A stretch of DNA of 64,000 nucleotides from positions 64,001 to 128,000 of the forward strand of contig JBALDB010000054.1 in the NCBI GenBank assembly GCA_036918135.1, in the 5' to 3' direction. The notes under the pieces were generated by a model. That model was given only the letters and a program-made list of their open reading frames with translations, searched no databases and was not told the origin of the DNA. Each line of letters starts with the position of its first letter. The stretch's first letter is position 1. This document shows positions 26,805 to 38,460 of this stretch, piece after piece. The translations under genes and the position numbers were made by a program. This stretch comes from Nostoc sp. GTDB taxonomy: Bacteria > Cyanobacteriota > Cyanobacteriia > Cyanobacteriales > Nostocaceae.

Positions 26805-29800
26805 ATGAGAGATTTCAACTTTTTCAAATACTTAAACATTGCTATAACTAGTGCAGTAATTACCTCTGGAAATTTGGCAATATTTACGATGGGCTGCGCC
26901 TACGCCCAAATCACTCCAGATAATACTCTCCCGATTAATTCTAATATTCAAAAAATTGGTAACACTATCAAAATTGAAGGTGGAACCACTGCCGGAAGCA
27001 ATTTATTCCACAGCTTTAGCGAGTTTTCTCTTCCCACTGGCACTACAGCTTATTTTAAGAATAGCCTGAATATTCAAAATATTATTAGTCGAGTCACAGG
27101 TAAATCAATCTCTGATATTGATGGATTGATTCGTGCCAATGGCACTGCAAACCTATTATTTATAAATCCCAACGGGATTATTTTTGGCCCGAATGCCAAA
27201 TTGGATATCGGCGGCTCATTTGTAGGTAGTACAGCAAGTAGCATCAAGTTTGCTGATGGATTTGAATTTAGCGCTAAAAATCCTTCAACTACTCCATTAC
27301 TAACTATTAGTGTACCGATTGGATTACAGTTTAACGGTGGTGAAGGCAATATTGTCGTGGAAACAGCCGCCAGTTCACCACCTGCTATCCCATATACAGA
27401 AGTAGGTGATGCAGGACAGTTGCCATCTACAGCCCAGACTACCAATAGTTCAACTTCAGGGACTGTGGTGAGTTCTATCTCTGGGACACTAGACAATGAC
27501 AACGATATCGATTTATACCAGCTTTTTTTAAGAGCAGGGCAGAAATTCACAGCAACAACTGTTGGTGGTAGTGAAGTTGATACTCAGTTGTTTTTGTTTG
27601 ATGGCAATGGCTTAGGTCTAGTGATGAACGATGACGATGACAGCGTTAATGATGAAACTCGACAATCAACATTGCCTTTAGGCGAATCCTTCATTGCCCC
27701 AACTTCGGGCAAGTATTACCTGGGCATTTCTAGTTATGCAAACAATCCGCACAGTTCAAAGGGTGCAATATTTGAGTATGATAGCCCCATAGGTGCTGGT
27801 GTCGAATTTCCAATTACTGGATGGGATGAAAATTATGGTTCCGCAAGCGGAGCTTATACTATTACGCTTACCAATCAGATATCTCCTACCCCCAGTTCAT
27901 TGTTTCAGGTTCCACAAGGCAGAACCTTAGCGCTCATAGGTGGCAAGGTGACAGTTAATGGTAAACAAGCCATTGCTCCTAATGGACAGGTGACTTTGGG
28001 AGGTGTAGATGGAGCGGGAACAGTCGGGCTGAATTTGGTCAGTAATCGTTTGCAGGTGGATTTTCCGAATAATATACCGCGAGCCGATATTTCTTTAAAT
28101 AATACTAATATTGTAAACATTGCAACTGGTAGTAGTGGCAGCCTTAGCATTTATGGACGGAATGTTGATATTGCTAGCAGCTATACTGGGCCATCACTAT
28201 TGGTGGATGCTCAAGACAGTATCCGATTTGGGGGTGACATCACTTCTTTACTTGATTCAGGTGATGGCGGAGCAATTACTCTAAAAGCAGGAAATAACAT
28301 TTTTACACAGTCTGTAATATCTTCTTCAGAGGAGAAGAATGGCGGAAATATTACCATAAGAGCAGGGAATAACATCTTTACACAGTCTGTAATATCTTCT
28401 TCAGACGGGGGTGGTGATGGAGGAAATATTACCTTATCAGCAGGTGGCAACATCTCTGCTGACAACAACTCTACAAAAGAACTTTTCATCAGCTCGTACT
28501 CTGGTTATGGAAATGCGGGAAATATTAATCTCTGGGCAGGTGGCAACATCTCGACCCAAACTATTTCCTCGTTCTCCGTGAGAACGAGGGATCTCATTGG
28601 AGGAAATGGGGGAAATATTAGCTTATCAGCAGGTGGCAACATCTCTACTTCAAAGATAAACTCCTTCTCACAAATTAAGCATGGAGGAAATATTAGCTTA
28701 TCAGCAGGTGGCAACATCTCTACTTCAGAGATAAACTCCTGGTCATCTGGTAGTAATGGAGGATCTATTATTTTCTCGGCCGATGGTAATATCTCTACCT
28801 CAGATATCTCATCCTATGCAAGTGATGGTAATGGAGGAGCGATCGCTCTCACAAGTACTAATGGCATAATCAATCTAAATACTAGTTATGATGATGCTAC
28901 CTCTATTCAAGTGGATGCTTCTGGTGCTAGCGGTGGTAATATTAGCTTCATCAGCCCAATTAGAGCGTTAAACTTTAAAGATACTTTTATTGATAGCAGT
29001 GCTACACAAGGTAGTGGTGGTAACATCCAGATTAATGCATCATCGGTTTTCTTAAATAATAGTGAGTTAACTACCACCACTAGAGGTACAGGAAAAGCTG
29101 GTGACATTTCCATCCTCTCTAATGGCTCAGTTTCACTTGATAAAAGCCGTTTATTTACTTCTTTGGAGGTTGAAGGAAATGGTAGAGGAGGAGACATTGG
29201 CATTAAAGCGGCAGATATTTCTTTGAATAACTTCTCTTTCCTTGATACTGCTACCTCTGGTCAAGGAAATGCAGGTAATGTCTCCCTGGATGTAGGTGAC
29301 TTTATTAATCTAGATAATGGAAGTGCTATTTTTAGCATTACTAATAATCAAGGCAATGCGGGTAACGTCAGTTTAAAAGCTCTTGGTGCTGTTGATCTGA
29401 CTAAAGCTAGCAACATTAGCACTGCCGTAAATTCACTAGCCCAAGGTCAGGGCGGTAACATTAATATTGAAGCGCGAACCCTCTCTGTATTAGATGGCTC
29501 TCAATTAATTACCAGTACCTTGAGCAATGGTAAAGCAGGTGATATCACTGTCAGTACAAAAGAAGGCATTATCATCTCTGGAGTTGACTTTGGTTTCATC
29601 CCAACTCAACTAAATGTCTCAGTTGGTAATCCTCCTCCCACAAATGAAGTGGAGCCGAATGACTCATCACAGCAAGCACAGCAGATAACTCAGTTTTTCT
29701 TAAATAGTAGCGATAATATTAATCCCAACGTTAGATTTTCCACTAGAATTCCCTATGCATCCATTGCTGGTGAAGGTACACCTATTGAAGATAGTGAGGG

Positions 29801-31805
29801 TAATGTTGAAAAGGAGTCTGACTTCTACTCCTTTGAAGTGAAAGCAGGCACTCGGGCAATATTTGCTTATCCTTCCGATCAGGTGTTTATTAAGCTTTTA
29901 GATGGTAATGGAAATGAGTTGAAACTAAATAATGTTACTGAAAGACTTAGCGATGACTCTGCAAATTTTTATGATAAATATACTTTTACAGAGTCTGGCA
30001 CTTACTTTATTAAGTTGCAATCAGATCGGCCAGACACTATTCCATACACTCTCAACATCTCACTAGAAACACCAAATGTAACAACTAATGTTGACAATGG
30101 AATCCTTGCCAGTGGGCTATTTGCCAAAACTCAAGGTACGGGAGTGGCTGGGAACATCACAATTAATAGCCCACAATTAACTATCCAAAATGGAGGCAAT
30201 ATCTCTGCAACTGCAACTGAAACTGCTACCAGTACAGCACGAGGCGGTAATATTACAGTCAATTCCTCTCAATTAAATCTATCGGGCAATACCAGTGGCT
30301 TATTCGCCCTCACACAAGGATCTGCACCTGCCGGGTCATTAAAGTTACAGCCCTATGAAAACGGGCAGGCCTTAACAGTCAATCTTCGAGATCAGGCACA
30401 AATATCTGCTTCCACGTCTGGTAGTGGACAGGGAGGTACTCTAACAGTGACTGCCCCTGAGTCTATTAATTTAAGTGGTAATGGGACTCTGGCAGCTACA
30501 GCTGAAGCTACTAGTAGTGGACAAGCTGGAGATGTACTTCTAGCAACAGAAAAACTCAATATTGGCAACGGAATACAGGTGTCTGCGGCGACGAATTCTA
30601 CTAACCCCACAGCTAACGGAGGTGAGCTAACTGTGCAAACTGCACAATTAAACTTGACAGATGGCAGCATTTTAGAAGCAGGGACAACAGGAGCTGCACC
30701 AGGCGGTAACTTGATAATTCAACCGAATAATAATGGACAGACTTTAGCAGTCAATTTCTCAGGCAAATCAAAGGCATCGGCTGCAACTTCTGGTAGTGGG
30801 AAGGGAGGAACCCTGAATGTAACTGCTCCGGGATCGATTACCCTAACTGGCGATGGTTCGCTGATTTCGGCTGAAACAACAGGTAGTGGTGCAGGTGGCG
30901 ATTTGACTCTGCAAACAGGAGATTTAACGATTCGAGATGGGGCACAAGTAAGTGTCAGTAGTACAAATTCGGGAACAGCTGGTTCATTATTTGTAACAGC
31001 TGACTCCATCAGTCTCTACAATGGAGCAAAAATTAATGCAGACACTACAGGTGGAGGAGGAAATATCTTTTTACGTACTCCCTTGTTGTTATTACGCAAT
31101 GGCAGTACCATAACTACCAACGCCACTGGCGCAAATATTCCCGGAGGCAACATTAATATTGATGCCAAAAATGGTTTCATCATTGCTGTTCCCCAAGAAA
31201 ATAGCGATATCAGTGCTAATTCTCTAGACTTTCGTGGTGGTAATGTGAATATCAATGCTCAAGGGATTTTTGGAACTCAGTTTCGCACTTTCCCAACTTC
31301 AGCAAGTGATATTACTGCTACAGGGGTAAATCCGCAGTTGAATGGCTCAGTGCAAATCAATACACCAGATGTAGATCCTAACAACGGATTAGTGGAATTG
31401 CCAGCCAATTTTATAGATCGTTCTGGTTTGATTGCTCAAGGCTGTCCAGCCTCTAAAGGCAATTCATTTACCATTGCTGGGCGCGGCGGTTTACCACCTC
31501 TACCAACCCAAGCACTTGGCACTAATCAAACTGCAACTGTTGATTGGGTGACATTAAATCTTCAAGAACAAAGAAATACAAATGTAGAAAGAAGTCCACA
31601 TTTAGGAAGGGGTCTGTCGCATAAAAACCGTGACCTAGAAGTTAAAAAAATTAATACCCCGATTATGGAAGCTACTAATTGGGTAATTAACAAGTTCGGT
31701 GCAGTGGAGTTAACAGCTTCTGCACCCATAGCCACGCAGACAAATGCTTTTAATTCAGAGATTGCAGCTTGTCCATCCCAAGCCGCCGCCACTATTCAAA
31801 AATAA
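26805..31805 (+). CDS. Filamentous haemagglutinin-like exoprotein 2 with two inserted PPC/DVUA0089-like domains
   Basis: Same TPS N-domain and C-terminus as exoprotein 1. The inserts are EVGDAGQ...DTQLFLFD...NDD...YYLGIS and EVEPND...DFYSF...GTYFI. Confidence 0.92.
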   Translation: MRDFNFFKYLNIAITSAVITSGNLAIFTMGCAYAQITPDNTLPINSNIQKIGNTIKIEGGTTAGSNLFHSFSEFSLPTGTTAYFKNSLNIQNIISRVTGKSISDIDGLIRANGTANLLFINPNGIIFGPNAKLDIGGSFVGSTASSIKFADGFEFSAKNPSTTPLLTISVPIGLQFNGGEGNIVVETAASSPPAIPYTEVGDAGQLPSTAQTTNSSTSGTVVSSISGTLDNDNDIDLYQLFLRAGQKFTATTVGGSEVDTQLFLFDGNGLGLVMNDDDDSVNDETRQSTLPLGESFIAPTSGKYYLGISSYANNPHSSKGAIFEYDSPIGAGVEFPITGWDENYGSASGAYTITLTNQISPTPSSLFQVPQGRTLALIGGKVTVNGKQAIAPNGQVTLGGVDGAGTVGLNLVSNRLQVDFPNNIPRADISLNNTNIVNIATGSSGSLSIYGRNVDIASSYTGPSLLVDAQDSIRFGGDITSLLDSGDGGAITLKAGNNIFTQSVISSSEEKNGGNITIRAGNNIFTQSVISSSDGGGDGGNITLSAGGNISADNNSTKELFISSYSGYGNAGNINLWAGGNISTQTISSFSVRTRDLIGGNGGNISLSAGGNISTSKINSFSQIKHGGNISLSAGGNISTSEINSWSSGSNGGSIIFSADGNISTSDISSYASDGNGGAIALTSTNGIINLNTSYDDATSIQVDASGASGGNISFISPIRALNFKDTFIDSSATQGSGGNIQINASSVFLNNSELTTTTRGTGKAGDISILSNGSVSLDKSRLFTSLEVEGNGRGGDIGIKAADISLNNFSFLDTATSGQGNAGNVSLDVGDFINLDNGSAIFSITNNQGNAGNVSLKALGAVDLTKASNISTAVNSLAQGQGGNINIEARTLSVLDGSQLITSTLSNGKAGDITVSTKEGIIISGVDFGFIPTQLNVSVGNPPPTNEVEPNDSSQQAQQITQFFLNSSDNINPNVRFSTRIPYASIAGEGTPIEDSEGNVEKESDFYSFEVKAGTRAIFAYPSDQVFIKLLDGNGNELKLNNVTERLSDDSANFYDKYTFTESGTYFIKLQSDRPDTIPYTLNISLETPNVTTNVDNGILASGLFAKTQGTGVAGNITINSPQLTIQNGGNISATATETATSTARGGNITVNSSQLNLSGNTSGLFALTQGSAPAGSLKLQPYENGQALTVNLRDQAQISASTSGSGQGGTLTVTAPESINLSGNGTLAATAEATSSGQAGDVLLATEKLNIGNGIQVSAATNSTNPTANGGELTVQTAQLNLTDGSILEAGTTGAAPGGNLIIQPNNNGQTLAVNFSGKSKASAATSGSGKGGTLNVTAPGSITLTGDGSLISAETTGSGAGGDLTLQTGDLTIRDGAQVSVSSTNSGTAGSLFVTADSISLYNGAKINADTTGGGGNIFLRTPLLLLRNGSTITTNATGANIPGGNINIDAKNGFIIAVPQENSDISANSLDFRGGNVNINAQGIFGTQFRTFPTSASDITATGVNPQLNGSVQINTPDVDPNNGLVELPANFIDRSGLIAQGCPASKGNSFTIAGRGGLPPLPTQALGTNQTATVDWVTLNLQEQRNTNVERSPHLGRGLSHKNRDLEVKKINTPIMEATNWVINKFGAVELTASAPIATQTNAFNSEIAACPSQAAATIQK

Positions 31806-31925
31806 TGCAAGTTGCTTTTGTGTAACCTGAAGATTAAGAGAAGCCCAAACATACCAATTCTCTAAAATCCAACAACAGATTAAAATCTTTAAATCTAGAT
31901 TGAAATAGGCTTTCTTGATTACAAA

Positions 31926-32624
31926 TTACAAGTTAGATAGTTCATCGAACCAACTTTCAAGTTGTAAATGCAAGCGATAACTAAAAACTTCCTTTTTAGA
32001 ATCGATATGGGACAGTAGTGTAAAAGCACGATTATAAGCAGCGATCGCACAATTCCAATCACCCCAAAGATGATAAGTTTTACCATATTCAGCCCAAATG
32101 TAAGCTTCTAGTTGACCGAAAAGTAGCGCTATCTCAAAATTCTCAATTGCCTCTTCGTATTGCCCTAAGTCACGTAAGGTAATGCCTCTATTAATTCTAG
32201 CTCGAACATAGGTAGGATTTAAATCAATTGCTTGGTCGTAGTCGGCAAGTGCTGCTGCTAAGTCTCCACAATCAACATAGTAATTTGCTCGATTATTGTA
32301 AGCAGCCACTAACTTGGGATTCATTTGTAGAGCAGTGTTATAGTCACAAAATGCTTTTTGTTTTTCTCCAATCTGAAAATAAATTAGTCCTCGGTTGTTA
32401 AAATCGATGGCATTAGTAGAATGGCAGTAAATTAGCTGATTAAAAAAGGCGATCGCTTGACTGTAATATCCTTCTTTAACTAACTTCAAAGCACTAGAGC
32501 GTAAATATCTTTTATCAAAAACTAATTTACTACTTCTTTGTATACGATGCTCTATAGCATTAATCGTAGTACTAACAACATCACAATAATTATTTTGCTC
32601 AATTTTAGAAGCCAGAGTTGACAT
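31926..32624 (-). CDS. Tetratricopeptide repeat protein
   Basis: Repeated NNRG/NNRA...A..DY..A...NP units. Confidence 0.88.
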   Translation of the reverse strand: MSTLASKIEQNNYCDVVSTTINAIEHRIQRSSKLVFDKRYLRSSALKLVKEGYYSQAIAFFNQLIYCHSTNAIDFNNRGLIYFQIGEKQKAFCDYNTALQMNPKLVAAYNNRANYYVDCGDLAAALADYDQAIDLNPTYVRARINRGITLRDLGQYEEAIENFEIALLFGQLEAYIWAEYGKTYHLWGDWNCAIAAYNRAFTLLSHIDSKKEVFSYRLHLQLESWFDELSNL

Positions 32625-32943
32625 ATATTTATCTTAATGATGTGAAACTTTATTTCTATATGTTTATGGGTATCAGCGAATCAATATTATGCAACTAACA
32701 AGAAAAAATTAAACGGCTTGATTTGAAAAAATTTTTAAATTATCTGTTATGTTTTGTGAAGATATAAAGAAAATATATTTTTACTCGATATGAAATAAAA
32801 GTATGATAATGAGTACTTAGTAGTGGGCAATGACTACTCTTTAGTATGGCTGTATACGTTTGAGCAAGGTAACACCAGATATTCGACTCATAGATTGCTC
32901 ATGTCAAGCTGCCATTAGTCAAAATTAGTACGAGGCAGAGTCA

Positions 32944-35712
32944 ATGACAAAAAAAAGATTTCAATTTTTCCTTATATTAAAGCGGTTTCTAAAAAGTACG
33001 AGCGTGACTTACAATCGCTTTTATTTTAAGAAGTGGTTAAGAACAATTATAATAGCTGTCTTAGTTGCCTTGTTAAGCGTTTGGGGAATTCCATTTCCTG
33101 CTTTTTCTCAATTTCCTCAGACTCAACCAAATGCTCAACAATTGGTTGAACAAGGTCGAAAACTCTACGAAACTGGACAGTTATCGGAAGCAGTGACAGT
33201 TTTGCAACAAGCAACAGATACTTTCAATCTGCAAAAGGATGAATTAGGAAAAGCGATCGCACTTAGCAATCTTTCGTTAGTCTTTAAGCAACTCGGACAG
33301 TGGGAAAAAGCAGAAGCTGCAATTACACAAAGCCTCAACCTCTTAACAAACTCACACCTCAAAACTCAGAACTCAGCACTAATTTTGGCACAAACCCTAG
33401 ATATTCAAGGAAATCTGCAATTAGAACTAGGTAGAAGCGAACAAGCTTTAGACTCATGGAAGCAATCTGCTAATACCTATGCTCAAGCAGGTGATGAGGT
33501 TGGTACAATACGCAGTTTGATCAATCAAAGCATGGCACAGGAGGCTTTAGGGCTTTACCGTCAAGCTCGTAGCACCTTAGAAGAATTGCAACCCCGCCTT
33601 GAAAAACAACCAGATTCGCTTGTTAAAGCTATGGCTTTACGTAGCTTTGGTGATGTTCTGCAATTAGTCGGTGATTTAGAACCATCCTTTAAGGTTTTAC
33701 AACAAAGTCGAGACATTGCCAAAAAATTGCAATCTCCTTCAGAAATCAGCGCTACGTTGCTGAGTTTAGGTAATACCGCCCTAGCATTAGGTAACGGACA
33801 AATTTCGCAGCAAGACAGTACCAGTTTGGAAAACTATACTCCCTTGCATTGTACAAACAGACCTGTCTCTACAGAATCTCTCAAGTTTTATCAACAAGCA
33901 GCACAATTTTATGAAGAAGCTGTCACCACAGCAACCTCACCACTCTCACAAATCCAAGCCCAACTCAATAATTTAAGTGTATTGTTGAAACTTCAGCAAT
34001 GGTCACAAGCCAAGCAATTATCTTCCCAAATTCAAGTAAAGCTAGCCAAAATACCCCCAAGTCACACAGCAAATTACGCACAAATTAATTTTGCTGAGAA
34101 CTTGGTGTGCTTGAAACAAGCTACCAACGCAGATATTCCTTCATGGAAAGAAATTGCTCAAATTTTAGCGACATCTGTACAGCAGGCTAGAAGCATTGAT
34201 GATGAACGTTCAGTTGCTTATGCTTTAGGCGCATTGGGTGGATTATATCTAGAAAACCAGGATATAGCTAATGCTGAAAAACTGACCGAGCAAGCCTTAA
34301 TCCAAGCTCAAGCAATAAAAGCTGGCGATATAGCTTATTTATGGCAATGGCAACTAGGATACATATTGAGAATAAAACAAGATGTGGCTGGGGCGATCGC
34401 ATCTTACACTGAAGCAGTAAATACTCTCAAATATCTCCGCAATGACTTAATTGCTCTCAATCCAGATGTCCAGTTTTCCTTTCGAGATAACATAGAACCC
34501 GTTTACCGACAATTAATTGATTTACTTTTGCAACCCACATTTACAGCAAGTACAAAAGAAAACATTAGTCAAGAAAATTTAAAGCAAGCTCGTGGCATAC
34601 TTGAAACACTGCAACTAGCTGAACTAGAAAACTTCTTCCGAGAAGCTTGTTTAAAAGCCGCACCCGAACAAATTGATGAGATTGTTGACAAAACGGATGC
34701 TACAGCAGCAGTAATTTATCCGATTATTTTAGCAGACCGTCTAGATGTTATTCTCAAGTTACCAAATCAAGCTGAATTATCTCATTACACAATTAATAAA
34801 AAAGCAAGTGAAGTTGAAAGTATTTTAGATAAATTACAACAATATTTGAGACAACCAGACCGGATAAAAGATGTTAATCAGTTATCTCAACAGGTTTATA
34901 GCTGGCTAATTCAACCGTTAGAACTTGAATTAGAAAGAAAGAATATAAAAACCCTAGTATTTGTCCTAGATGGGGAGTTACGTAATATTCCGATGGCAGT
35001 TTTATACGATAATAAACACCAAAAGTATTTAATTCAAAAATATGCTATATCCTTAGCTCCAGGTTTGCAATTAATTGAACCCAAATCTTTACAAAAAATC
35101 CAATTGAATGGATTAATTGCTGGAGTCAGCGAACAACGTAAAATAGAAGGACGTTCATTTACTCCACTTAAAAATGTAAAAGTTGAATTACAACAAATTC
35201 AGTCAGCTATACCTAGAAATGCAGAACTATTTAATCAAACCTTTACTAAAATAAATTTACAGAATCAAATTAAAAAAGTACCATATACAGTAGTTCATAT
35301 AGCAACTCATGGCGAGTTTAGTTCTAATCCCGATCAAACATTTATTTTAACTTGGGAGCAACTCTTAAAAGTCAAGGACTTTGATAATTTAATTCGACTC
35401 AGCGGACAAAGAGAATCTAAAGCTATTGAATTACTTGTCTTAAGTGCTTGTGAAACCGCTCAAGGAGACAACCGAGCTACTTTAGGACTTGCTGGCATAG
35501 CAGTACGTGCAGGCGCTCGTAGTACACTAGCAACTTTGTGGGCTATAGATGATGAATCTACTGCTGAATTTATGAGTCAGTTTTATCAAGAATTAGAAAA
35601 TAACAAAGTAACTAAAGCTGAAGCTGTCCGTCGCGCTCAACTTAAGCTGTTGAATGATTATGAAATCCCTTATTTATGGGCACCATATATATTAGTGGGA
35701 AACTGGCTTTAA
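32944..35712 (+). CDS. Exported TPR-CHAT (caspase/HetF-like) protease
   Basis: N-terminal hydrophobic segment, TPR helices, and a CHAT domain with VHIATHG and LVLSAC (His/Cys dyad) and a W.P..LVGNW end. Confidence 0.92.
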   Translation: MTKKRFQFFLILKRFLKSTSVTYNRFYFKKWLRTIIIAVLVALLSVWGIPFPAFSQFPQTQPNAQQLVEQGRKLYETGQLSEAVTVLQQATDTFNLQKDELGKAIALSNLSLVFKQLGQWEKAEAAITQSLNLLTNSHLKTQNSALILAQTLDIQGNLQLELGRSEQALDSWKQSANTYAQAGDEVGTIRSLINQSMAQEALGLYRQARSTLEELQPRLEKQPDSLVKAMALRSFGDVLQLVGDLEPSFKVLQQSRDIAKKLQSPSEISATLLSLGNTALALGNGQISQQDSTSLENYTPLHCTNRPVSTESLKFYQQAAQFYEEAVTTATSPLSQIQAQLNNLSVLLKLQQWSQAKQLSSQIQVKLAKIPPSHTANYAQINFAENLVCLKQATNADIPSWKEIAQILATSVQQARSIDDERSVAYALGALGGLYLENQDIANAEKLTEQALIQAQAIKAGDIAYLWQWQLGYILRIKQDVAGAIASYTEAVNTLKYLRNDLIALNPDVQFSFRDNIEPVYRQLIDLLLQPTFTASTKENISQENLKQARGILETLQLAELENFFREACLKAAPEQIDEIVDKTDATAAVIYPIILADRLDVILKLPNQAELSHYTINKKASEVESILDKLQQYLRQPDRIKDVNQLSQQVYSWLIQPLELELERKNIKTLVFVLDGELRNIPMAVLYDNKHQKYLIQKYAISLAPGLQLIEPKSLQKIQLNGLIAGVSEQRKIEGRSFTPLKNVKVELQQIQSAIPRNAELFNQTFTKINLQNQIKKVPYTVVHIATHGEFSSNPDQTFILTWEQLLKVKDFDNLIRLSGQRESKAIELLVLSACETAQGDNRATLGLAGIAVRAGARSTLATLWAIDDESTAEFMSQFYQELENNKVTKAEAVRRAQLKLLNDYEIPYLWAPYILVGNWL

Positions 35713-35751
35713 AAGGACTTTAACTATCGCTAATTGAAAATAATTTATAAG

Positions 35752-36324
35752 TTAGGGAATTCTTGCTTGTTGGAAGATTTGTTGAGGTGTAATTTGTAGA
35801 CCTTCAAATAAGGAATCTTCTAAACTATCAGTATCTCGCTTAGTTTGAGGGAGACTATCTGGATAAAAAATAGTAATAGTTTTTGCTTTAGTATCAATAA
35901 CCCAAACTCTTGGAATTTTAGCTTTGAGATAATCAGTTGCTTTTTCTGTCATTTCTCCGAAAGTTTGACCAGGAGAGATAATTTCAATGACTAATTCAGG
36001 TGCAACTGGACAAGCCTCATCTTGCAACCAATCAGCAGAAAGACGGTTATATGAAACATATGTCAAATCTGCCACAGGAACCCAGTCTTGTTGATTCCGT
36101 GTTAGCTTAATTCCCCATTCAATTACAACCCGCCCCTTTCCTTGTGCCCATGCAGACAATAGTAGAAATAACGCACCTGTTAGAGAACTATGAAAAAATT
36201 TGGGTGACATTTCATCGTTTTTAAATTTAGGAACAGCTTCTCCGTCAATTAGTTCGTAGGTGATGTCTCCTTCAGGAAGTTCAAGAAATTCTTCAAGGGT
36301 AAGTTGGGTTTTGAGTTTTATCAT
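35752..36324 (-). CDS. Uma2 family endonuclease-like protein
   Basis: YELIDG, APELVIEIISP and VWVID motifs. Confidence 0.88.
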   Translation of the reverse strand: MIKLKTQLTLEEFLELPEGDITYELIDGEAVPKFKNDEMSPKFFHSSLTGALFLLLSAWAQGKGRVVIEWGIKLTRNQQDWVPVADLTYVSYNRLSADWLQDEACPVAPELVIEIISPGQTFGEMTEKATDYLKAKIPRVWVIDTKAKTITIFYPDSLPQTKRDTDSLEDSLFEGLQITPQQIFQQARIP

Positions 36325-36393
36325 GGTTGATTTCGGAGTTAGAGGATAACTCTATTTGAAATTTTTAATAATTACTAAAATTAATACCAAATT

Positions 36394-36567
36394 ATGAATC
36401 AAATTGAACTGGAGTGGCAGCATCTCAAAAAAAGCGAACTAGCAGGAAAAATGTTTGACGACGAGTTAGACCTAGCCTATTCAGTAATTGATGGTGTTCA
36501 AGCTAGAGGAGAAAGAGGTAACTACAGTACACAGCGTATTAAATTTAACTCTAACCATAGTTATTAA
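36394..36567 (+). mobile_element. IS630-family transposase C-terminal remnant
   Basis: Manual translation MNQIELEWQHLKKSELAGKMFDDELDLAYSVIDGVQARGERGNYSTQRIKFN carries the N.IE..W..LK signature of IS630. Confidence 0.7.
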
Positions 36568-36640
36568 TTTTTCGTTACATAGTTGGAATTTCCGACCCAA
36601 TTGCGGTTGTTCAAGATTTAGCGACAATCATCGTAAACGG

Positions 36641-37063
36641 TCATTCAGAAGTTGCACTTTGACCAATAATGCGAGCCTCCCGCACATAGTCAAAATCGCC
36701 CTCACCCGACCAAGCTTGTCCGTCAGGATAACGCAATTCTATTCCGGCGAGGTCTCTCTCATCCGCTAGCCGCATGTTGACGCCCATCAGGCTATCCCCA
36801 AACCTCGATACGGCGTTTGCGGTCAAAACCCAGTGAGTTGTTGAACCGCACTTTGTGCAGAACTGAATTTCCGCGGCCGGGTCGTCCTTGTCTTCCCTAC
36901 AATATCCTTTTGCTGTTCCCTCAACGCTTACCTCCGACGGATGAAAATAGCCCCAGCGGGCGCCCGCTTTGCTGCATAGTGTGCAGTTGCACTCGTTGAT
37001 GTAGTCCGGTTGCTTTTTGGTTTCGACGCGGATTTGGCCGCAAAGGCAGGAGAGCTTCAACAT
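36641..37063 (-). CDS. GFA/CENP-V family Zn-binding protein
   Basis: CLCG, CNCTLC and FCTKCG motifs. Visibly GC-richer than its neighbours. Confidence 0.88.
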   Translation of the reverse strand: MLKLSCLCGQIRVETKKQPDYINECNCTLCSKAGARWGYFHPSEVSVEGTAKGYCREDKDDPAAEIQFCTKCGSTTHWVLTANAVSRFGDSLMGVNMRLADERDLAGIELRYPDGQAWSGEGDFDYVREARIIGQSATSE

Positions 37064-37093
37064 CTTGTTACCTCAGTACATGTATTCTCCGTA

Positions 37094-37139
37094 TTTATTT
37101 ATCTTTACATAGTGTAGTTTTTTCACGCCGACTTACTTA
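37094..37139. repeat. Solo IS630-type right end
   Basis: TTTACATAGTGTAGTTTTTTCACGCCGACTTACTTA matches the end at about 4914-4959. Confidence 0.6.
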
Positions 37140-37237
37140 TATCACAGCACGAATAATTTAACTAAGATTCATTCTTTACTTACACAGAAGTCTCTCAGCT
37201 ACGACTATCAGGTAATTATGCAGACAGGAAACTCCTT

Positions 37238-38008
37238 TTACTGTTTAATTTTGACTTGTCCTACAAGAGGTTTTTGAGCTAAATTCTCTAGTTCGACATT
37301 TTTTAGTAGTTTAGCCCATTCATTATCTAGAGTGGCATTTTTTGGTTCAGTAAGGCGAAGTTTTGCTAACTCTGTCAGGGCTGAATACCAAATACCATTT
37401 TGGGTATATAGTTGAATGCGATCGCTTTCTGTAATAGCTGTTTTTAACTGCCTTTCCAAGTTAGATGTTAAGGCTATACGTTCTACCCATCCGCGTACAA
37501 ATACTGGGTCGAATTGTTGTTGATGACAATAAACTTTAAAGTACCATTGATATGTTTTATTAACTTCCAGTGATACATCTGATGGTAAACTAAAGCTAAC
37601 AATACCTGGTATTTCAGGTAGGGTAAAAGAAGCTCGGTAAATATCATTATTTGCTTCATCTTGCAAAACGAACTCTCCGCTAGGTACATCATTAGATTGA
37701 TAAGGTACAAACACCCAAAAGGTGGTATTCTTTTCAACAACTAAACCCACTTTTTTTTCGGGTATCAAGGCTATAAGCGGTACTTCCACAGATGGACAGC
37801 TACCACGGCTTCCTGCTCCTCCTCGTTGAGAAGGTCTACCTCTACTCGATCCATCTTGTGGTGCTTGATTACCACTGCTAGCTGGCTGCTGAGACTTTGC
37901 TATCAATGTTAAAGGATAGCTAGTACAGGTAATCAGTGCTAAAAGTAGAATGATAATGAATTGACTTTCAGAAAGAGAAAAGATTTTGTTTATATTTTTT
38001 AATTTCAT
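37238..38008 (-). CDS. DUF928-domain protein
   Basis: Signal segment, GAGSRGSC, FWVFVPY, YQWYF, V.GWVER and GIWYSAL motifs. Confidence 0.88.
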   Translation of the reverse strand: MKLKNINKIFSLSESQFIIILLLALITCTSYPLTLIAKSQQPASSGNQAPQDGSSRGRPSQRGGAGSRGSCPSVEVPLIALIPEKKVGLVVEKNTTFWVFVPYQSNDVPSGEFVLQDEANNDIYRASFTLPEIPGIVSFSLPSDVSLEVNKTYQWYFKVYCHQQQFDPVFVRGWVERIALTSNLERQLKTAITESDRIQLYTQNGIWYSALTELAKLRLTEPKNATLDNEWAKLLKNVELENLAQKPLVGQVKIKQ

Positions 38009-38367
38009 AGTTAGATATAAATACTCAATATTTTAGAATTATTGACATGAAATTCTCATAAATGCAAGTTCTATCAATAAGGATAAAGAGCGATAATGCT
38101 CCCAAACTCTGCATTTTAGTACTTTTTGTGATTATTCGTTGTTCATTAGTCATTCTCCTGAGAAAAATTTGAAACTGAAGATTAGGCTGGTTTACTAACC
38201 TTCTATATTGTTAATGGGGAGAAGAAGGATTCAATTATGCAGTGATGAAACTACATTAGCTAAGACCTTGATTTTTTTAAATAATTGTAAATTGAGAGCT
38301 AGTAACGTATTTAGCTTTTCTTTTTTATCAATGTTAGTAGCAGTACACTAGACTACTGCAAAAATAA

Positions 38368-38398
38368 ATTCCCGGCTTTTTTAAAAAAGTCGGGAATC
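38368..38398. repeat. REP-like palindrome
   Basis: ATTCCCGGCTTTTTTAAAAAAGTCGGGAAT. A related palindrome lies at 47381-47411. Confidence 0.55.
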
Positions 38399-38460
38399 TG
38401 CACGTATTAACTTTTTTAACTGTCGTTAAGACTCAATATTTGAGTGGTGAGTTCTAAAAA

